64,000 nt of DNA from the IMG/VR virus record IMGVR_UViG_3300027797_000020, positions 1 to 64,000 of that record; one strand, given 5' to 3'. Under the pieces are notes generated by a model. It was not told the origin of the DNA. It saw only the letters and a list, made by a program, of their open reading frames with translations, and ran no database searches. This DNA is from a virus. This document shows positions 9,669-21,552 of the stretch, one piece after another. A program made the translations under genes and the position numbers. Position 1 is the stretch's first letter, and every line of letters begins with the position of its first letter.

Positions 9669-11051
9669 ATGGCATCAACAGTAGTTATAGGAACAAACAA
9701 TTATAGTGGTGAAACCGCAGATATTACGTTCTACCCTGAAACAGGTGGGACTATTAATATTGGGTCTTACATAGTACCATACAATTATTCAACTGATTAT
9801 TTTTTCGGTACTTATGAACTATATTTTTCCGCATATAATTTTACTTGTGAATTTACAATCTCATCATCAAACCCAATACCACCACCACAAACTATTAGTG
9901 CAACAACTATTGAGTACGATTTATTTCAGAGATACACACAAGACCCTGAAAATTTATCAGATGTTGATTTAAGTGGTACAACATTTAGTGGGTTAAATAC
10001 AAATATTTTAATCAACAAATATTTCGCAGGGACATTTGAAGGTGGTATATCACAATTTAGGATGTACGTCTCACCATTGTCAGCCCCTGAAGTTAAACAC
10101 AATTTTAACTTATTGAAAAATACATTTAGGATGTTTAATCCTGATTGTCCTGATTGTTCAACTGACATTTGTCAAATTGATGATTTTACGTATGAAATTG
10201 TAGGGTCAGAAAATGTTGGAAACAATATTGAATTTAAACCTGACCCTAAATTATTAGGTAGACTACATATTCCTGATGATAGAGATAAAAATTATTTAAT
10301 AAAAGACCATTACGATTATTTAGTGTCTATAGTTAAACCACCAAGTGTTGTGGTTATTAGACCTAAAGTAACTCCAAGCAAATCACGAAGAATCGTATCA
10401 CCAACACCGAGTAGAAGTCTAAGAGTAACACCCACACCAACAAGAACCCCTCAACCAACACCTACACCAACAACTACACCACAAATTATGACCAAATATT
10501 GGAACCCTAATGGTTGGTGGGGAAATCAAGGTTCAACACCACAATGTGTTGGATTCGCTTGGGCACATTGGGTTGAAGATGGCCCTATCGAACACGGAGG
10601 TACACCACCAATAGTCCAACCCCAAATAATATATACTGAAGCTCAGAAAATTGATGAATGGCCAGGTGAAAACTATGCCGGTACATCAGTTAGAGCCGGC
10701 GCGAAATACCTACAAACTAATGGGGCGATTAAGTCGTATTATTGGGCTTATGACCTCAACACATTAATAAATACAGTATTCAACTTAGGTCCGGTAGTTG
10801 TTGGTACTTATTGGTACTCAGGTATGTTTTACCCTGATAATAACGGTCTTATCCGTATTACAGGTGGTATTGCCGGTGGTCACGCATACGTAATAAACGG
10901 TGTGGACAAATCACAAAAATTATTTAGAATTAAAAATAGTTGGGGACAAAATTGGGGTAAACAAGGACACGCATATATCTCATTTAGTGATATGGCTAAA
11001 TTAATATCAATGAACGGTGAAATTTGTTTGGCCGTTGAAAATAATTTTTAA
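9669..11051 (+). CDS. Modular protein: shared N-terminal module, LamG C-terminal strands, Pro-Thr linker, papain-like (C1) cysteine peptidase
   Basis: 'NQGSTPQCVGFAW' (oxyanion Gln, catalytic Cys), 'GGHAYVING' (His), 'IKNSWGQNWGKQG' (Asn); also 'FAGTFEGGISQFRMY..PLSAPEV'. Confidence 0.8.
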   Translation: MASTVVIGTNNYSGETADITFYPETGGTINIGSYIVPYNYSTDYFFGTYELYFSAYNFTCEFTISSSNPIPPPQTISATTIEYDLFQRYTQDPENLSDVDLSGTTFSGLNTNILINKYFAGTFEGGISQFRMYVSPLSAPEVKHNFNLLKNTFRMFNPDCPDCSTDICQIDDFTYEIVGSENVGNNIEFKPDPKLLGRLHIPDDRDKNYLIKDHYDYLVSIVKPPSVVVIRPKVTPSKSRRIVSPTPSRSLRVTPTPTRTPQPTPTPTTTPQIMTKYWNPNGWWGNQGSTPQCVGFAWAHWVEDGPIEHGGTPPIVQPQIIYTEAQKIDEWPGENYAGTSVRAGAKYLQTNGAIKSYYWAYDLNTLINTVFNLGPVVVGTYWYSGMFYPDNNGLIRITGGIAGGHAYVINGVDKSQKLFRIKNSWGQNWGKQGHAYISFSDMAKLISMNGEICLAVENNF

Positions 11052-11054
11052 TTT

Positions 11055-12197
11055 ATGAGTAACACAATAATAATATCAAGTATTAATTATGACGGTGAAC
11101 AAGCTGAAATATTGTTTAAACCTGATAATAATAATGTGACAATACACTTAGGGCCAGGTTTGGTTACATTACCATATACTTTCGACCCATCAACTTTAAC
11201 ACCACCTCGTGAGGTGTATGGTATGTACACAATATTGGTCGCAGGTAGTGACTGTCCTAATTTTTTAAATGTACCAAGGCCAATTCCAACAGTTACACCA
11301 ACTCACACACCGACAAAAACACCAACGCCAACACCAACTATTACTCCAACCCCAACTTTAACCCCAAATCCTTGTTTTATTACACCAACCCCAACTCCAA
11401 CTTTAACACCAACTGTAACTTACACACCAACACCAACAATAACACCGACAATAACACCTTCCCCATTACCTTGTTTCCAATTATATAATACTTGGTGGAG
11501 TAATAATTCATATATCTATTACACGGCTATAACGGATAATTATACTTATTCATTTTTACCGGGTGTTAACAGTATTGTTAATGGTGGATATGATATGTTT
11601 AATGTTGCTAACGTAATATTACTTAATAACCCAATCCCTAAAATATATGGTACGATTAGTACTGATTTTTTAGTTACACGTCGTAATGTTTGGCCACAAT
11701 TAACATTAGTTAGTTTAGGAAACACCGTAAGTCCACATTCAATTGGTGAAGATGGTTCACCGTCAGTCCAATTGGGCAATGACCCAACTTATGGTCAATA
11801 TGAAGTATCACGAGAAGTTATATTAACAAACGGAACTTATGATTGTGGTAATATTAATGGTTCTTGGTATCGTTATAGTAATATCGGTGTAAATCCTTCA
11901 TTTTTATCTGGTAGTACCCCATCACCATCAATTGAATATGTTTGGTTTACAGTTGAATCAACAGAATGGGTGAGTGATATAAACAATATCTCCGATAATC
12001 GAGGTGATATTTCACAACCAAGAAATTTAACATCAACTGTTACCGCAACAGGTGAGAACGCATTTATTGGTATGGTATTATTATCTAAATTTTCACCAAA
12101 TAGTCCTTCAACTATAATACCTAATAATCAAGTCACTCAATTTTTACAAAACGCTATTTGTACTATGTTTAATGATGTTAATTGTGCGAAATTTTAG
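11055..12197 (+). CDS. Putative virion protein: shared N-terminal module, Pro-Thr linker, C-terminal domain also present in the 2641-aa protein
   Basis: 'YNTWWSNNS...SIEYVWFTV...DNR...GMVLLS...[15 protein letters not shown]' matches an internal domain of ORF 12305. Confidence 0.65.
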   Translation: MSNTIIISSINYDGEQAEILFKPDNNNVTIHLGPGLVTLPYTFDPSTLTPPREVYGMYTILVAGSDCPNFLNVPRPIPTVTPTHTPTKTPTPTPTITPTPTLTPNPCFITPTPTPTLTPTVTYTPTPTITPTITPSPLPCFQLYNTWWSNNSYIYYTAITDNYTYSFLPGVNSIVNGGYDMFNVANVILLNNPIPKIYGTISTDFLVTRRNVWPQLTLVSLGNTVSPHSIGEDGSPSVQLGNDPTYGQYEVSREVILTNGTYDCGNINGSWYRYSNIGVNPSFLSGSTPSPSIEYVWFTVESTEWVSDINNISDNRGDISQPRNLTSTVTATGENAFIGMVLLSKFSPNSPSTIIPNNQVTQFLQNAICTMFNDVNCAKF

Positions 12198-12304
12198 TTT
12201 TTAAAACCACAAAATTTGTTTGAGGTTTAATTATTCAATTAATGACTTATTTTTTTTTATTAAACAGGTAAAATACCAAATCAATAGGTATTTATTTTAG
12301 AATA

Positions 12305-15300
12305 ATGAGTACAGTACAGATAACTAGTTTAACAGGTCATTCACCTTACGATATTACAATTTGTGATTATACAAAAACATTTTGTAGTACTGTAATTACA
12401 GGTGTAACATCTGTCCCACCAACATTGACGCTCACAGTTCCTGAATTTGGGGGTCCATCGTTATATGGGTCAGTTTTAGTTATCGCAACAGATTCTTCAG
12501 GTTGTGAAGAAATGATGTTATTACCTTGTAATATAACACCAACGGTAACACCAACGGTAACACCCACAAGAACACCAACACTAACTCCAAGTAAATGTCG
12601 TTGTATTACATTTAGAAACCCAACATCAAGTAATTTAACATATAGTTTAACATTATGTAATGGTACTGAAATAACTAATACTATACAAGGTAATACCTTT
12701 TTATATTTTTGTGGTTACAACCCAGTTATTGGTGATGGTGGTTATTATTCATTATCTAATATTGGGTGTTCTGTTAGTAACGGATGTCCCGACCCATCAC
12801 CTACGCCAACAACAACACCAACAGTTACACCAACATTACCACCAATGGTTGGTTATTTTCAAAGTTGTTGTGACCCAACTAACCAATTCACATTAACACA
12901 TATACCATCATCGTTTTCACCTTTATCAGGGACTTATTTTATTTCAACAAATAATTTCACAGGTTGTGCGGAATATATACCATCAACCACATCAACAAAT
13001 GTTTACATTTACCAACATATGGGACCAATGGATGATTGTGCGGATTGTTATGTTCGTAATCCACTTTATTCTTGTCCTACACCTACCCCAACACCAACAC
13101 AAACAAGTACTCCAACACCAACAACAACTGTTACACCAACAGTTACTCCGACTATTACGGAAACACAAACACCAACAGTTACTCCAACAATAACCGAAAC
13201 GTCAACACCAACAGTTACTCCGACTATCACAGAAACTCCAACGTCAACAGTAACACCAACAATAACCGAAACTCAAACTCCAACAGTTACACCTACATTA
13301 ACACAAACCCCAACACAAACAAATACTCAAACACCAACCGTAACTCCAACATCAACACTAACACCAACAATTACACCAACTCAAACACAAACGCCAACAA
13401 GAACATCGACAGTTACTCCAACACAAACTAATACACAAACGCCAACAACAACAGTCACCCCAACAGTTACACCTACTCAAACAAACACATCAACACCAAC
13501 CCTAACACCAACTCAAACACCAACAAGAACGGTTACTCCAACACAAACTTTTACCCCAACTTCGACATTAACACCGACTCAAACTTTCACTCCAACATCT
13601 ACTTTAACACCTACAGTAACAAGAACAGTTACACCAACAGTTACACCTACGCAAACAAATACTCAAACACCAACAAGAACAGTAACACCAACGGTGACAC
13701 CAACTCAAACTAATACACAAACACCAACAAGAACAGTTACCCCAACAGTTACCCCAACAGTTACCCCAACACAAACAAATACTCAAACACCAACACAAAC
13801 AAATACTCAAACGCCTACGATAACACCTACTGTCACACCTACTCAAACAAATACTCAAACACCAACAAGAACAGTCACTCCAACAGTTACACCAACGCAA
13901 ACAAATACTCAAACACCAACAAGAACGGTTACACCAACAGTTACACCAACAGTAACACCCACAGTGACAAGAACGGTTACACCAACACAAACATTCACAC
14001 CTACACAAACAAACACGTCAACACCTACAGTAACACCAACAAGAACAAACACTCAAACACCAACAAGAACAGTTACACCTACCGTCACTCCAACAGTTAC
14101 ACGAACTGTTACACCAACACAAACAAATACTCAAACACCAACAAGAACTGTTACCCCAACTGTTACTCCAACTCAAACATTTACATCAACACCAACTAAA
14201 ACAAATACACAAACCCCAACTAAAACAGTTACACCAACACAAACTCCAACGCCAACCGTTACAGTAACAATAAATTTAACACCAACGGCTACCGTTACTC
14301 CAACAATTACCCCAACACCAACAATTACCCCAACGACACCATATTCATTAGTGTTTGTACAATCTTGTTGTGAATTTACTCAAATTGAATATGTTTATTT
14401 ACCAACAATATATTGTGGATTTAACGACAACTACACAATAGTTGCAACGAATGGTCAATGCTATGCCGTCCAAGCGATTACACAAACAGTTACAATACCG
14501 ACAATTGTTTGGGATTCAACAAAACCTGTATACCCCGCAATTAATGGGGAACCTGATTGTGATACGTGTTCATCATCAAACCCTTGTCCGGCACCAACCC
14601 CTACACCTACACCAACAAGAACTGTAACACCAACGGTTACCCCAACTATTACGGTAACTCAAACATTAACAAGAACTGTAACACCAACTGTAACACCAAC
14701 ACAAACTAACACTTCAACACCAACACCGACGATTAATTTAACACCTACGGCAACACCTACCATTACACCTACAAAAACCCCAACACCTACGGTTACTACA
14801 GTATTTTCATTAGCCTACGCAATCGCTTGTTGTGATGTAAATCCAACAAATGAAATAATCAGAGTACCAACATTATATGCTGGTGTGGATGCGAACTATG
14901 TTGTAAGTGCAACTAATGGGAAATGTTACAAGGTATTAACAATAACAACATTACCGGCAACTATCATATGGGATTCAACAAAACCTGTTTATCCTCCTAT
15001 TGATGGTGAATTTAATTGTAATTCGTGTTATTCGGTAAACCCTTGTCCGACCCCAACACCAACACCTACTCAAACTAACACTCAAACACCAACTAAAACA
15101 CCAACACCTACGGTAACACCAACATTTGATGCGTTCGCCAATTGTTTACAGTCGGTTGAATTTATTGCAAGAACTCAATCAACAGTATTAATACCTGAAC
15201 CTTGTAATACCTCACACGGTTGTAATAGAGCCAAACTAATTGTTGCCGCGAATAGTGTACAAATTGGTACTATCAATTTAAATAATGGTGGTGGTGGTAA

Positions 15301-18300
15301 TCACAATACGTCACCATATCAAGTATTTGGTGATTATAATTGGGATGACTATAACTTTGACCCATTAGACCCTACGGCTCGATATTTTTCAGGTTATGGT
15401 CCAACATATGCCGTTTTACCTTTAGGAACTAACCCGTCTTTACTTGGGATACCAAGAAGAGGTGTTGTTGGGACCGCAACATATTCTGGAAACAGATATA
15501 GTCGTGTTGTTATGGACGGTGCAACCGCAAGACAAGTATCTCAAGCAGCCGTTGGGGGGTTAATTAACTTTAGTTTACTTTGCCCAACTACCAACTGTCA
15601 CGCAAGTGTTACTTGGTTAACTATTAATAAACAAGAGGCTGACGGGTCTTGGACTCAATTATATAATGGATGTCCAACAGGTTCTTGGGGAGCTACATTA
15701 GTAACCTTAGACCCTTGTGCTCCACCACCAACAAAAACACCAACACCTACACCGACTAAAACACAAACACCGACCGTTACACCAACAAGAACTGTAACAC
15801 CAACACCGACAAGACCTTACACAGTATTTGAGGTTCAAAATTGTTGTGATAATTCAGTTGGATTTATGTCATTACCGACATCTTACACCCCAACTGGTTT
15901 ACCATACTCAAGTTCTGTTGTTAGAAGTACATCAGGTGGTTGTTATTTAATTATTGGAGTACCTCAAGGTATCACACCAACACCAAACTTAACTTGGAAT
16001 GGTAATGTTAATCAAGTTTATATTGATAATACCACTATAAATGGATGTACAACCTGTAAATCGGCATTCCCTTGTCCAACACCAACACCTACTCCAACTA
16101 AAACAGTTACACCCACAAGAACCCCAACAAAAACGCCAACCCCAACAAGAACATTAACTAAAACCCCAACTCCAACACCAACCATAACACCAACACCTCC
16201 AAGTTGTATTGTTAGTTATAGAAATTGGTGGAATACCAATTCACCATTAAAGTACGAAAATAATATACCTAACGCCAATTATTATGGTTATGATGGTGGT
16301 GCCGATAATGTAACATACGGACTTGGTATTTATTTTATGTTTGACGGGTATTTAGGTCAACAAAGTCATATTGTATCGGTATTAGGTAATGGAATGGTTA
16401 CTCAAAATGGTATTGATTATGGTAGTTTTAATAACACTTATGAAATCTTCAACAGTATTCCTGATTCGGGGAATTTAAGTGTAGTACCTAACTTAACATT
16501 AACTAGATGGTCCACAACTCAAAACCGAAGAATTCAAGTTGTAGGTTACGCGTTTGACGAAGGTATCGGTAGTACGGTATCTAACACAGGTGGGTCTTAT
16601 ACTTGTTCTTCAGGTTATTATGGTAGTTGGTGGGCAAACAGTAATGTTAGTACAGAACCATCAATTGTATATGTGTGGTTTACGGTTCAAAAAAATACTT
16701 GGAATAGTAATCTAATTAACATAATTGATAATCGACGTACAGCTCCCGGTGTCGGTGGTTACTATAACCAATCATTTGGGGTAAATGGTAGTAATTTGTA
16801 CTTAGGAATGGTATTGTTATCAACTGTTAATGGTAGTATATCCTCAACATCTATTACTAATTTTTTAACTGACTCAGTTTGTTCAATGTTTAATAGTGTT
16901 AGTTGTGACCCATTCCCAAATGTACCAACAAGTGTGTTTCAAGTACAATCTTGTTGTACTAATTCCCTAATTGGTTATATGGAATTACCAACAACTTACA
17001 CACCAACAAATTTCCCTGTTTTCTCAACATATAATGTGATTGGGTTAGATGGTATTTGTTATATCGTTTTAGGGACATCAACAAATACCGCTAATTTATT
17101 TTGGAATGGGAACCAAAGTGCCGTTTCCACATCTGACGGTACTTGTACAAGTTGTTCACCATCATATCCTTGTCCAACGCCAACACCAACGCCAACTAAA
17201 ACCGTTACCCCAACAAGAACACCAACAAGAACTGTAACACCAACAGTGACACCATCATATGACCCTTTAGCCAATTGTATTACTCAACTTGAAGTTATTG
17301 CAAGAACACAAAGTAGATTCGCCATACTTTTACCTGAACCTTGTTCAACATCGCACGGTTGTAATGAAGCAAAATTTATAGTTCGTGGGAATGGAATTGA
17401 TATAGGGGTGCTTAATTTAAACAACGGCGAAGGTCCTAACCCTAATACGTACCCATACGTCCAATATGGTAATTGGAATGATGATGATTATAATTTTGAC
17501 CCATTAGACCCTACTGCGAGGTATTATGATTTAAATAATAACATACTACCATTAGGGTCAGTACCTGAATTGTTAGGCATTCCAAGACGAGGTGTTCCGG
17601 AAACTGCAACATACCCTGGAAATAGATATAGTCGTTTTATGGTGAATTCAAATACCGCAAGACAAGTGTCTCAAGCCGCAGTTGGTGGTATCATTAACTT
17701 TAGTCTTATATGTCCAACAACTTCTTGTCACGAAAGTGTTACTTGGTTAACTATTAATAAACAAGACCAATATGGTAATTGGGATACAATATATGATGGT
17801 TGTCCTTCGGGAAATTGGGGTGAAACATTAGTTAGTTTAGACCCTTGTTTACAACCATCACCAACACCAACAACAACCCCAACAGTTACACCTACAGTTA
17901 CACCAACTAGTCCACCTGTAGTACCGACTTGTTCTGTTTTAACTAATGACGGTCCTTACGTATATTATTACAACACAGTTAACAATTCGGTAACTTATTT
18001 GGGTAGTTATACCGCATCACCCGATATTGCCCATACTAACACTAAAATGTGGTTGTATAATAATGGTGGTATTGTTGAATATAACATCACTTTATCTCCT
18101 TGGACCGCAACATATAATCGAATAATATCAAAACCATCAGGTTATAGTCTTGGAGCAGGGTTATTCGCAATAAATAACACAACATTGTTAACCACTAATA
18201 CCTCAGTAACACCTAATAAAATTGTTAGATTAGACATTACTAATCTAATTGCAGTACCAACTGTAATATGTGATTTAGGGACTATTAGTGACCCACGAGG

Positions 18301-20230
18301 AGTTTCGGGTGATTTGTTATTAACTACAACCAATAAAATATTGGTAACTAACTACGATAATGATGCTAATACGTATATCTCACAATATAATTATTTAACA
18401 GGTCAATTTGAAGGTGAAGTTGACATAACTTTAGATATTCCAGGACCTTGGGGAATATCCCAAGATAATGGGTTAATATATATTTTCAATGGTGATGGTG
18501 ACCTATGGAATATAGATAAATTCCCACCATATAATTTAACCTTTGTTCAAAATATCGGTGTTGGTGTTGGTGGGGCCTCTCAAATTGCGAGTTGTATTAC
18601 ATCACATCTTAATTTTGGTTCTTGGTATTGTGCCGGTCGTTGTTCTCTATACGAACTATCACCATTGGGTTATGATTGTCATAGTCAACCGGGTGTTCCA
18701 AAAATCTTTTTACCTAGTGGAATACCTATGGGAACCAAAATACAAGCTACTGATGGTTATTGTTACGGACTATATCAAAATGAAGAACCAACATACACCA
18801 CAGGTACTATTATAACTCAACAAGGTACTGCAACATACGGTAGTTGTTCGTCTTGTGGTGGTGATGTCTCTATTCTAGTATCAACCGATTACCCATCACT
18901 CGTTTATTGTGAAACTGTAAACACCATTTTAGGTTACTACAGAGTTAATAACGGTCCTTGGTCAACGTTTACCGGTTCATTATCCGCAAATAACGGTGTG
19001 ACTTACACAACGTTACAAAATCTAATAGTGTCAGTTGGCTCAATAATTGACGTTTATTATCCAAATATATTATGGGGGGTAGGGTTTAATAGTGGTGACT
19101 ATACATCACGTTGTGGTAACCAATATTATCGCACAATTATCACATCCTCGCCGACTAACATTCACTTAAATGTTAAATATATAAAGACTGTAACACCAAC
19201 TGATGTTATTTGTGGTTTCCAAACTTGTCCAACATTTCCTGTCTTTGAACCTTGGACTTGGGTAGAATATGATTTTTGGAATGGCGTTTATTACGATGTT
19301 TGGAGTGATTCTGAAGGTGTTTATAATGGTAGACCTTGGTATTATATTCCAACTTATGATTACACATCAACATATTCAACTGTTTGGTATGATAATACAT
19401 CAGATGTGTGGACTGAAAGTACAACTTTAGGTGGTGGAACAATTTATTCAACATTAGATAGTTTATCACCTGATTATCCTGTTAGTAGTACCGATAGACC
19501 TTGGGTTGCCTCGTCAACGTACCAAGGGCCTTCAATGTTTAGTTCAGAACCAAGTTACCCACCTGTAACCGATGGTTTAGTACTTTGGTATGATGCTGGG
19601 TCATCAACATCTTGGCCAGGTTCAGGAACTATGTGGTATGACATCACAACCAATAATAACGGTACTTTTTACACTAACGCAACTCCGACTACACCAACGT
19701 ATCTTGACCCAAATTTTGGTGGATTTAGTTTTAACGGTACTAACCAACGTGTTATATGTGGTAATGGTCCGACATTATCAGGAATTACCAACACCGTAAC
19801 AGTTGAGGCGTGGGTTAAACCTTCATCATTTTCAGGTGATAGAGCAATTTTCAGTAAGAATAGTAATCAAGCATTTAGAATGAGACTTGACAGTACCGGT
19901 CATTTATGGATGTTAGGTGCAAAATCAGGACCATCATTTGACATATACACAAGTACAGGGACAACAACAGTTAATAATTGGGTTCAACTAGTTGGTGTGT
20001 GGACACCTACGGGTTATTACACATACATCAATGGTGTTAATGCAGGTTTTAGTACAAGTAAAACATTATTAGTTCAGGAAAATAATTTACCATTAGAAAT
20101 TGGTATGTTTACAGGTGGTTCTGAATGGTTTAATGGTACAATGTCCATTTTTAAAGTTTATAATAAAGCGTTATCCGCTTCTGAAGTTAACTCAAACTTT
20201 AATTCACTACGTTCAAGATTTGGTATATAA
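12305..20230 (+). CDS. Giant mucin-like fibre/adhesin: Pro-Thr repeats, repeated Cys modules, duplicated ~190-aa domain, C-terminal LamG/ConA-like lectin domain
   Basis: 2641 aa. C-terminus '[19 protein letters not shown]...TVEAWVKP...WVQLVGVW...YING...[22 protein letters not shown]' is a complete LamG-type domain. Confidence 0.8.
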   Translation: MSTVQITSLTGHSPYDITICDYTKTFCSTVITGVTSVPPTLTLTVPEFGGPSLYGSVLVIATDSSGCEEMMLLPCNITPTVTPTVTPTRTPTLTPSKCRCITFRNPTSSNLTYSLTLCNGTEITNTIQGNTFLYFCGYNPVIGDGGYYSLSNIGCSVSNGCPDPSPTPTTTPTVTPTLPPMVGYFQSCCDPTNQFTLTHIPSSFSPLSGTYFISTNNFTGCAEYIPSTTSTNVYIYQHMGPMDDCADCYVRNPLYSCPTPTPTPTQTSTPTPTTTVTPTVTPTITETQTPTVTPTITETSTPTVTPTITETPTSTVTPTITETQTPTVTPTLTQTPTQTNTQTPTVTPTSTLTPTITPTQTQTPTRTSTVTPTQTNTQTPTTTVTPTVTPTQTNTSTPTLTPTQTPTRTVTPTQTFTPTSTLTPTQTFTPTSTLTPTVTRTVTPTVTPTQTNTQTPTRTVTPTVTPTQTNTQTPTRTVTPTVTPTVTPTQTNTQTPTQTNTQTPTITPTVTPTQTNTQTPTRTVTPTVTPTQTNTQTPTRTVTPTVTPTVTPTVTRTVTPTQTFTPTQTNTSTPTVTPTRTNTQTPTRTVTPTVTPTVTRTVTPTQTNTQTPTRTVTPTVTPTQTFTSTPTKTNTQTPTKTVTPTQTPTPTVTVTINLTPTATVTPTITPTPTITPTTPYSLVFVQSCCEFTQIEYVYLPTIYCGFNDNYTIVATNGQCYAVQAITQTVTIPTIVWDSTKPVYPAINGEPDCDTCSSSNPCPAPTPTPTPTRTVTPTVTPTITVTQTLTRTVTPTVTPTQTNTSTPTPTINLTPTATPTITPTKTPTPTVTTVFSLAYAIACCDVNPTNEIIRVPTLYAGVDANYVVSATNGKCYKVLTITTLPATIIWDSTKPVYPPIDGEFNCNSCYSVNPCPTPTPTPTQTNTQTPTKTPTPTVTPTFDAFANCLQSVEFIARTQSTVLIPEPCNTSHGCNRAKLIVAANSVQIGTINLNNGGGGNHNTSPYQVFGDYNWDDYNFDPLDPTARYFSGYGPTYAVLPLGTNPSLLGIPRRGVVGTATYSGNRYSRVVMDGATARQVSQAAVGGLINFSLLCPTTNCHASVTWLTINKQEADGSWTQLYNGCPTGSWGATLVTLDPCAPPPTKTPTPTPTKTQTPTVTPTRTVTPTPTRPYTVFEVQNCCDNSVGFMSLPTSYTPTGLPYSSSVVRSTSGGCYLIIGVPQGITPTPNLTWNGNVNQVYIDNTTINGCTTCKSAFPCPTPTPTPTKTVTPTRTPTKTPTPTRTLTKTPTPTPTITPTPPSCIVSYRNWWNTNSPLKYENNIPNANYYGYDGGADNVTYGLGIYFMFDGYLGQQSHIVSVLGNGMVTQNGIDYGSFNNTYEIFNSIPDSGNLSVVPNLTLTRWSTTQNRRIQVVGYAFDEGIGSTVSNTGGSYTCSSGYYGSWWANSNVSTEPSIVYVWFTVQKNTWNSNLINIIDNRRTAPGVGGYYNQSFGVNGSNLYLGMVLLSTVNGSISSTSITNFLTDSVCSMFNSVSCDPFPNVPTSVFQVQSCCTNSLIGYMELPTTYTPTNFPVFSTYNVIGLDGICYIVLGTSTNTANLFWNGNQSAVSTSDGTCTSCSPSYPCPTPTPTPTKTVTPTRTPTRTVTPTVTPSYDPLANCITQLEVIARTQSRFAILLPEPCSTSHGCNEAKFIVRGNGIDIGVLNLNNGEGPNPNTYPYVQYGNWNDDDYNFDPLDPTARYYDLNNNILPLGSVPELLGIPRRGVPETATYPGNRYSRFMVNSNTARQVSQAAVGGIINFSLICPTTSCHESVTWLTINKQDQYGNWDTIYDGCPSGNWGETLVSLDPCLQPSPTPTTTPTVTPTVTPTSPPVVPTCSVLTNDGPYVYYYNTVNNSVTYLGSYTASPDIAHTNTKMWLYNNGGIVEYNITLSPWTATYNRIISKPSGYSLGAGLFAINNTTLLTTNTSVTPNKIVRLDITNLIAVPTVICDLGTISDPRGVSGDLLLTTTNKILVTNYDNDANTYISQYNYLTGQFEGEVDITLDIPGPWGISQDNGLIYIFNGDGDLWNIDKFPPYNLTFVQNIGVGVGGASQIASCITSHLNFGSWYCAGRCSLYELSPLGYDCHSQPGVPKIFLPSGIPMGTKIQATDGYCYGLYQNEEPTYTTGTIITQQGTATYGSCSSCGGDVSILVSTDYPSLVYCETVNTILGYYRVNNGPWSTFTGSLSANNGVTYTTLQNLIVSVGSIIDVYYPNILWGVGFNSGDYTSRCGNQYYRTIITSSPTNIHLNVKYIKTVTPTDVICGFQTCPTFPVFEPWTWVEYDFWNGVYYDVWSDSEGVYNGRPWYYIPTYDYTSTYSTVWYDNTSDVWTESTTLGGGTIYSTLDSLSPDYPVSSTDRPWVASSTYQGPSMFSSEPSYPPVTDGLVLWYDAGSSTSWPGSGTMWYDITTNNNGTFYTNATPTTPTYLDPNFGGFSFNGTNQRVICGNGPTLSGITNTVTVEAWVKPSSFSGDRAIFSKNSNQAFRMRLDSTGHLWMLGAKSGPSFDIYTSTGTTTVNNWVQLVGVWTPTGYYTYINGVNAGFSTSKTLLVQENNLPLEIGMFTGGSEWFNGTMSIFKVYNKALSASEVNSNFNSLRSRFGI
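13075..14340 (+). repeat. ~420-codon Pro-Thr mucin-like tract ([18 protein letters not shown]-type units)
   Basis: Continuous degenerate repeat; about every second residue is Thr; the DNA is almost G-free on the + strand. Confidence 0.95.
15137..17848 (+). repeat. Internal duplication of a ~580-nt domain (15137-15718 and 17270-17848)
   Basis: Both copies encode ANC....EFIARTQ...PEPC..SHGCN...[14 protein letters not shown]...LLGIPRRG...GNRYSR...[33 protein letters not shown]...DPC. Confidence 0.9.
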
Positions 20231-20294
20231 AAAACCATAATTACAACTTTATTTATCGAAAATAAACTTTATAATTAAATAAAACAATTTAATT

Positions 20295-21545
20295 ATGAAA
20301 ATTTTTGTACAAATCGCGTCATATCGTGACCCTGAATTAGAGAAGACGGTTAAGGATATGATTGAAAACTCTAAAAAACCAAATAACCTTAGAATTGGTA
20401 TTTGTCGTCAATATCACCCTGAAGACGGTTTTGATACTTTAGATGAATATCGTAACGATAAACGTTTTAGAATTTTAGATGTATTATATTCGGATTCTAA
20501 AGGAGTTTGTTGGGCAAGAAATCAAGTACAACAATTATATGGTGGTGAAGAATATACGTTACAAATTGACTCTCATATGAGATTCGAAAAAAATTGGGAC
20601 GACACCTTAATCAAAATGGTTAAACAACTTCAAAAGAAAGGTTTCCAAAAACCATTATTGACAGGGTATGTATCATCATTTAACCCTGAGAACGACCCGG
20701 CAGAAAGAGTTAGAGAACCTTGGAGAATGGTTTTTGATAGATTTATCCCTGAAGGTGCGGTATTCTTTTTACCTGAAACAATACCAGGTTGGGAAAAATT
20801 AAAAGAACCTGTACCCTCAAGATTTTATTCTGCCCATTTCGCATTCACGTTAGGAGAATTTAGTAATGAGGTTCAACACGACCCTGAATTTTATTTCCAC
20901 GGTGAAGAAATTTCAATTGCGGTGAGAGCTCATACTCACGGATATGATTTATTTCACCCACATAAAGTTGTTGTTTGGCACGAATACACACGTAAAGGTA
21001 GAACAAAACAATGGGATGATGATATTGATTGGGTAAATAAAAATAATTTATCACACCAAAAAAATAGACAATTATTCGGTATGGACGGTGAAGAAGTTAC
21101 TATGGACTTTAGTCATTATGGTTTTGGAACTGAACGTACATTAAAAGATTATGAAATTTATTCAGGGTTACGTTTCTCTAATCGAGCGGTACAACAACAC
21201 ACATTAGATAAACAATACCCACCTAATCCGGTTATTTATGAATCTGATGAAGATTGGGAAGCTAGTTTCGCATCAATATTCAAACATTGTATTGATGTTA
21301 GTTATGATTCAGTTCCTGAAACGGATTATGACTTTTGGGTTGTTGCGTTTCACGATGAAAATGACGAAACAATTCACCGACAAGACGCTGACATTCACGA
21401 AATTAATCGTATGAAAAATGACCCTGATGGTTATTGTAAAGTTTGGAGAGAATTTCAAACAACAAGTAAACCAAAACAATGGGTTGTTTGGCCACATAGT
21501 ATTTCAAAAGGATGGTGTGATAGATTAACGGGAAATTTACATTAA
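20295..21545 (+). CDS. GT60-like polypeptide/hydroxyproline GlcNAc-transferase (Gnt1/OGNT family, Pfam GlcNAc)
   Basis: 'KIFVQIASYRDPEL', 'SKGVCWARN', 'YTLQIDSHMRF..NWD', 'FHGEEISIAVRA.THGYDLFHP...VWHEY' are hallmark motifs of this family. Confidence 0.8.
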   Translation: MKIFVQIASYRDPELEKTVKDMIENSKKPNNLRIGICRQYHPEDGFDTLDEYRNDKRFRILDVLYSDSKGVCWARNQVQQLYGGEEYTLQIDSHMRFEKNWDDTLIKMVKQLQKKGFQKPLLTGYVSSFNPENDPAERVREPWRMVFDRFIPEGAVFFLPETIPGWEKLKEPVPSRFYSAHFAFTLGEFSNEVQHDPEFYFHGEEISIAVRAHTHGYDLFHPHKVVVWHEYTRKGRTKQWDDDIDWVNKNNLSHQKNRQLFGMDGEEVTMDFSHYGFGTERTLKDYEIYSGLRFSNRAVQQHTLDKQYPPNPVIYESDEDWEASFASIFKHCIDVSYDSVPETDYDFWVVAFHDENDETIHRQDADIHEINRMKNDPDGYCKVWREFQTTSKPKQWVVWPHSISKGWCDRLTGNLH

Positions 21546-21552
21546 TTTAAAA

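Noticed and set aside
13075-14340. Long tandem repeats as a possible CRISPR array or satellite
   Set aside because: The units are in-frame, synonymous-degenerate coding repeats with no constant repeat/unique spacer structure, and no cas genes are present.
15137-17848. Duplicated segment as a diversity-generating retroelement TR/VR pair
   Set aside because: Both copies are in frame within one ORF, differences are not confined to adenines and include indels, and no reverse transcriptase is in the window.
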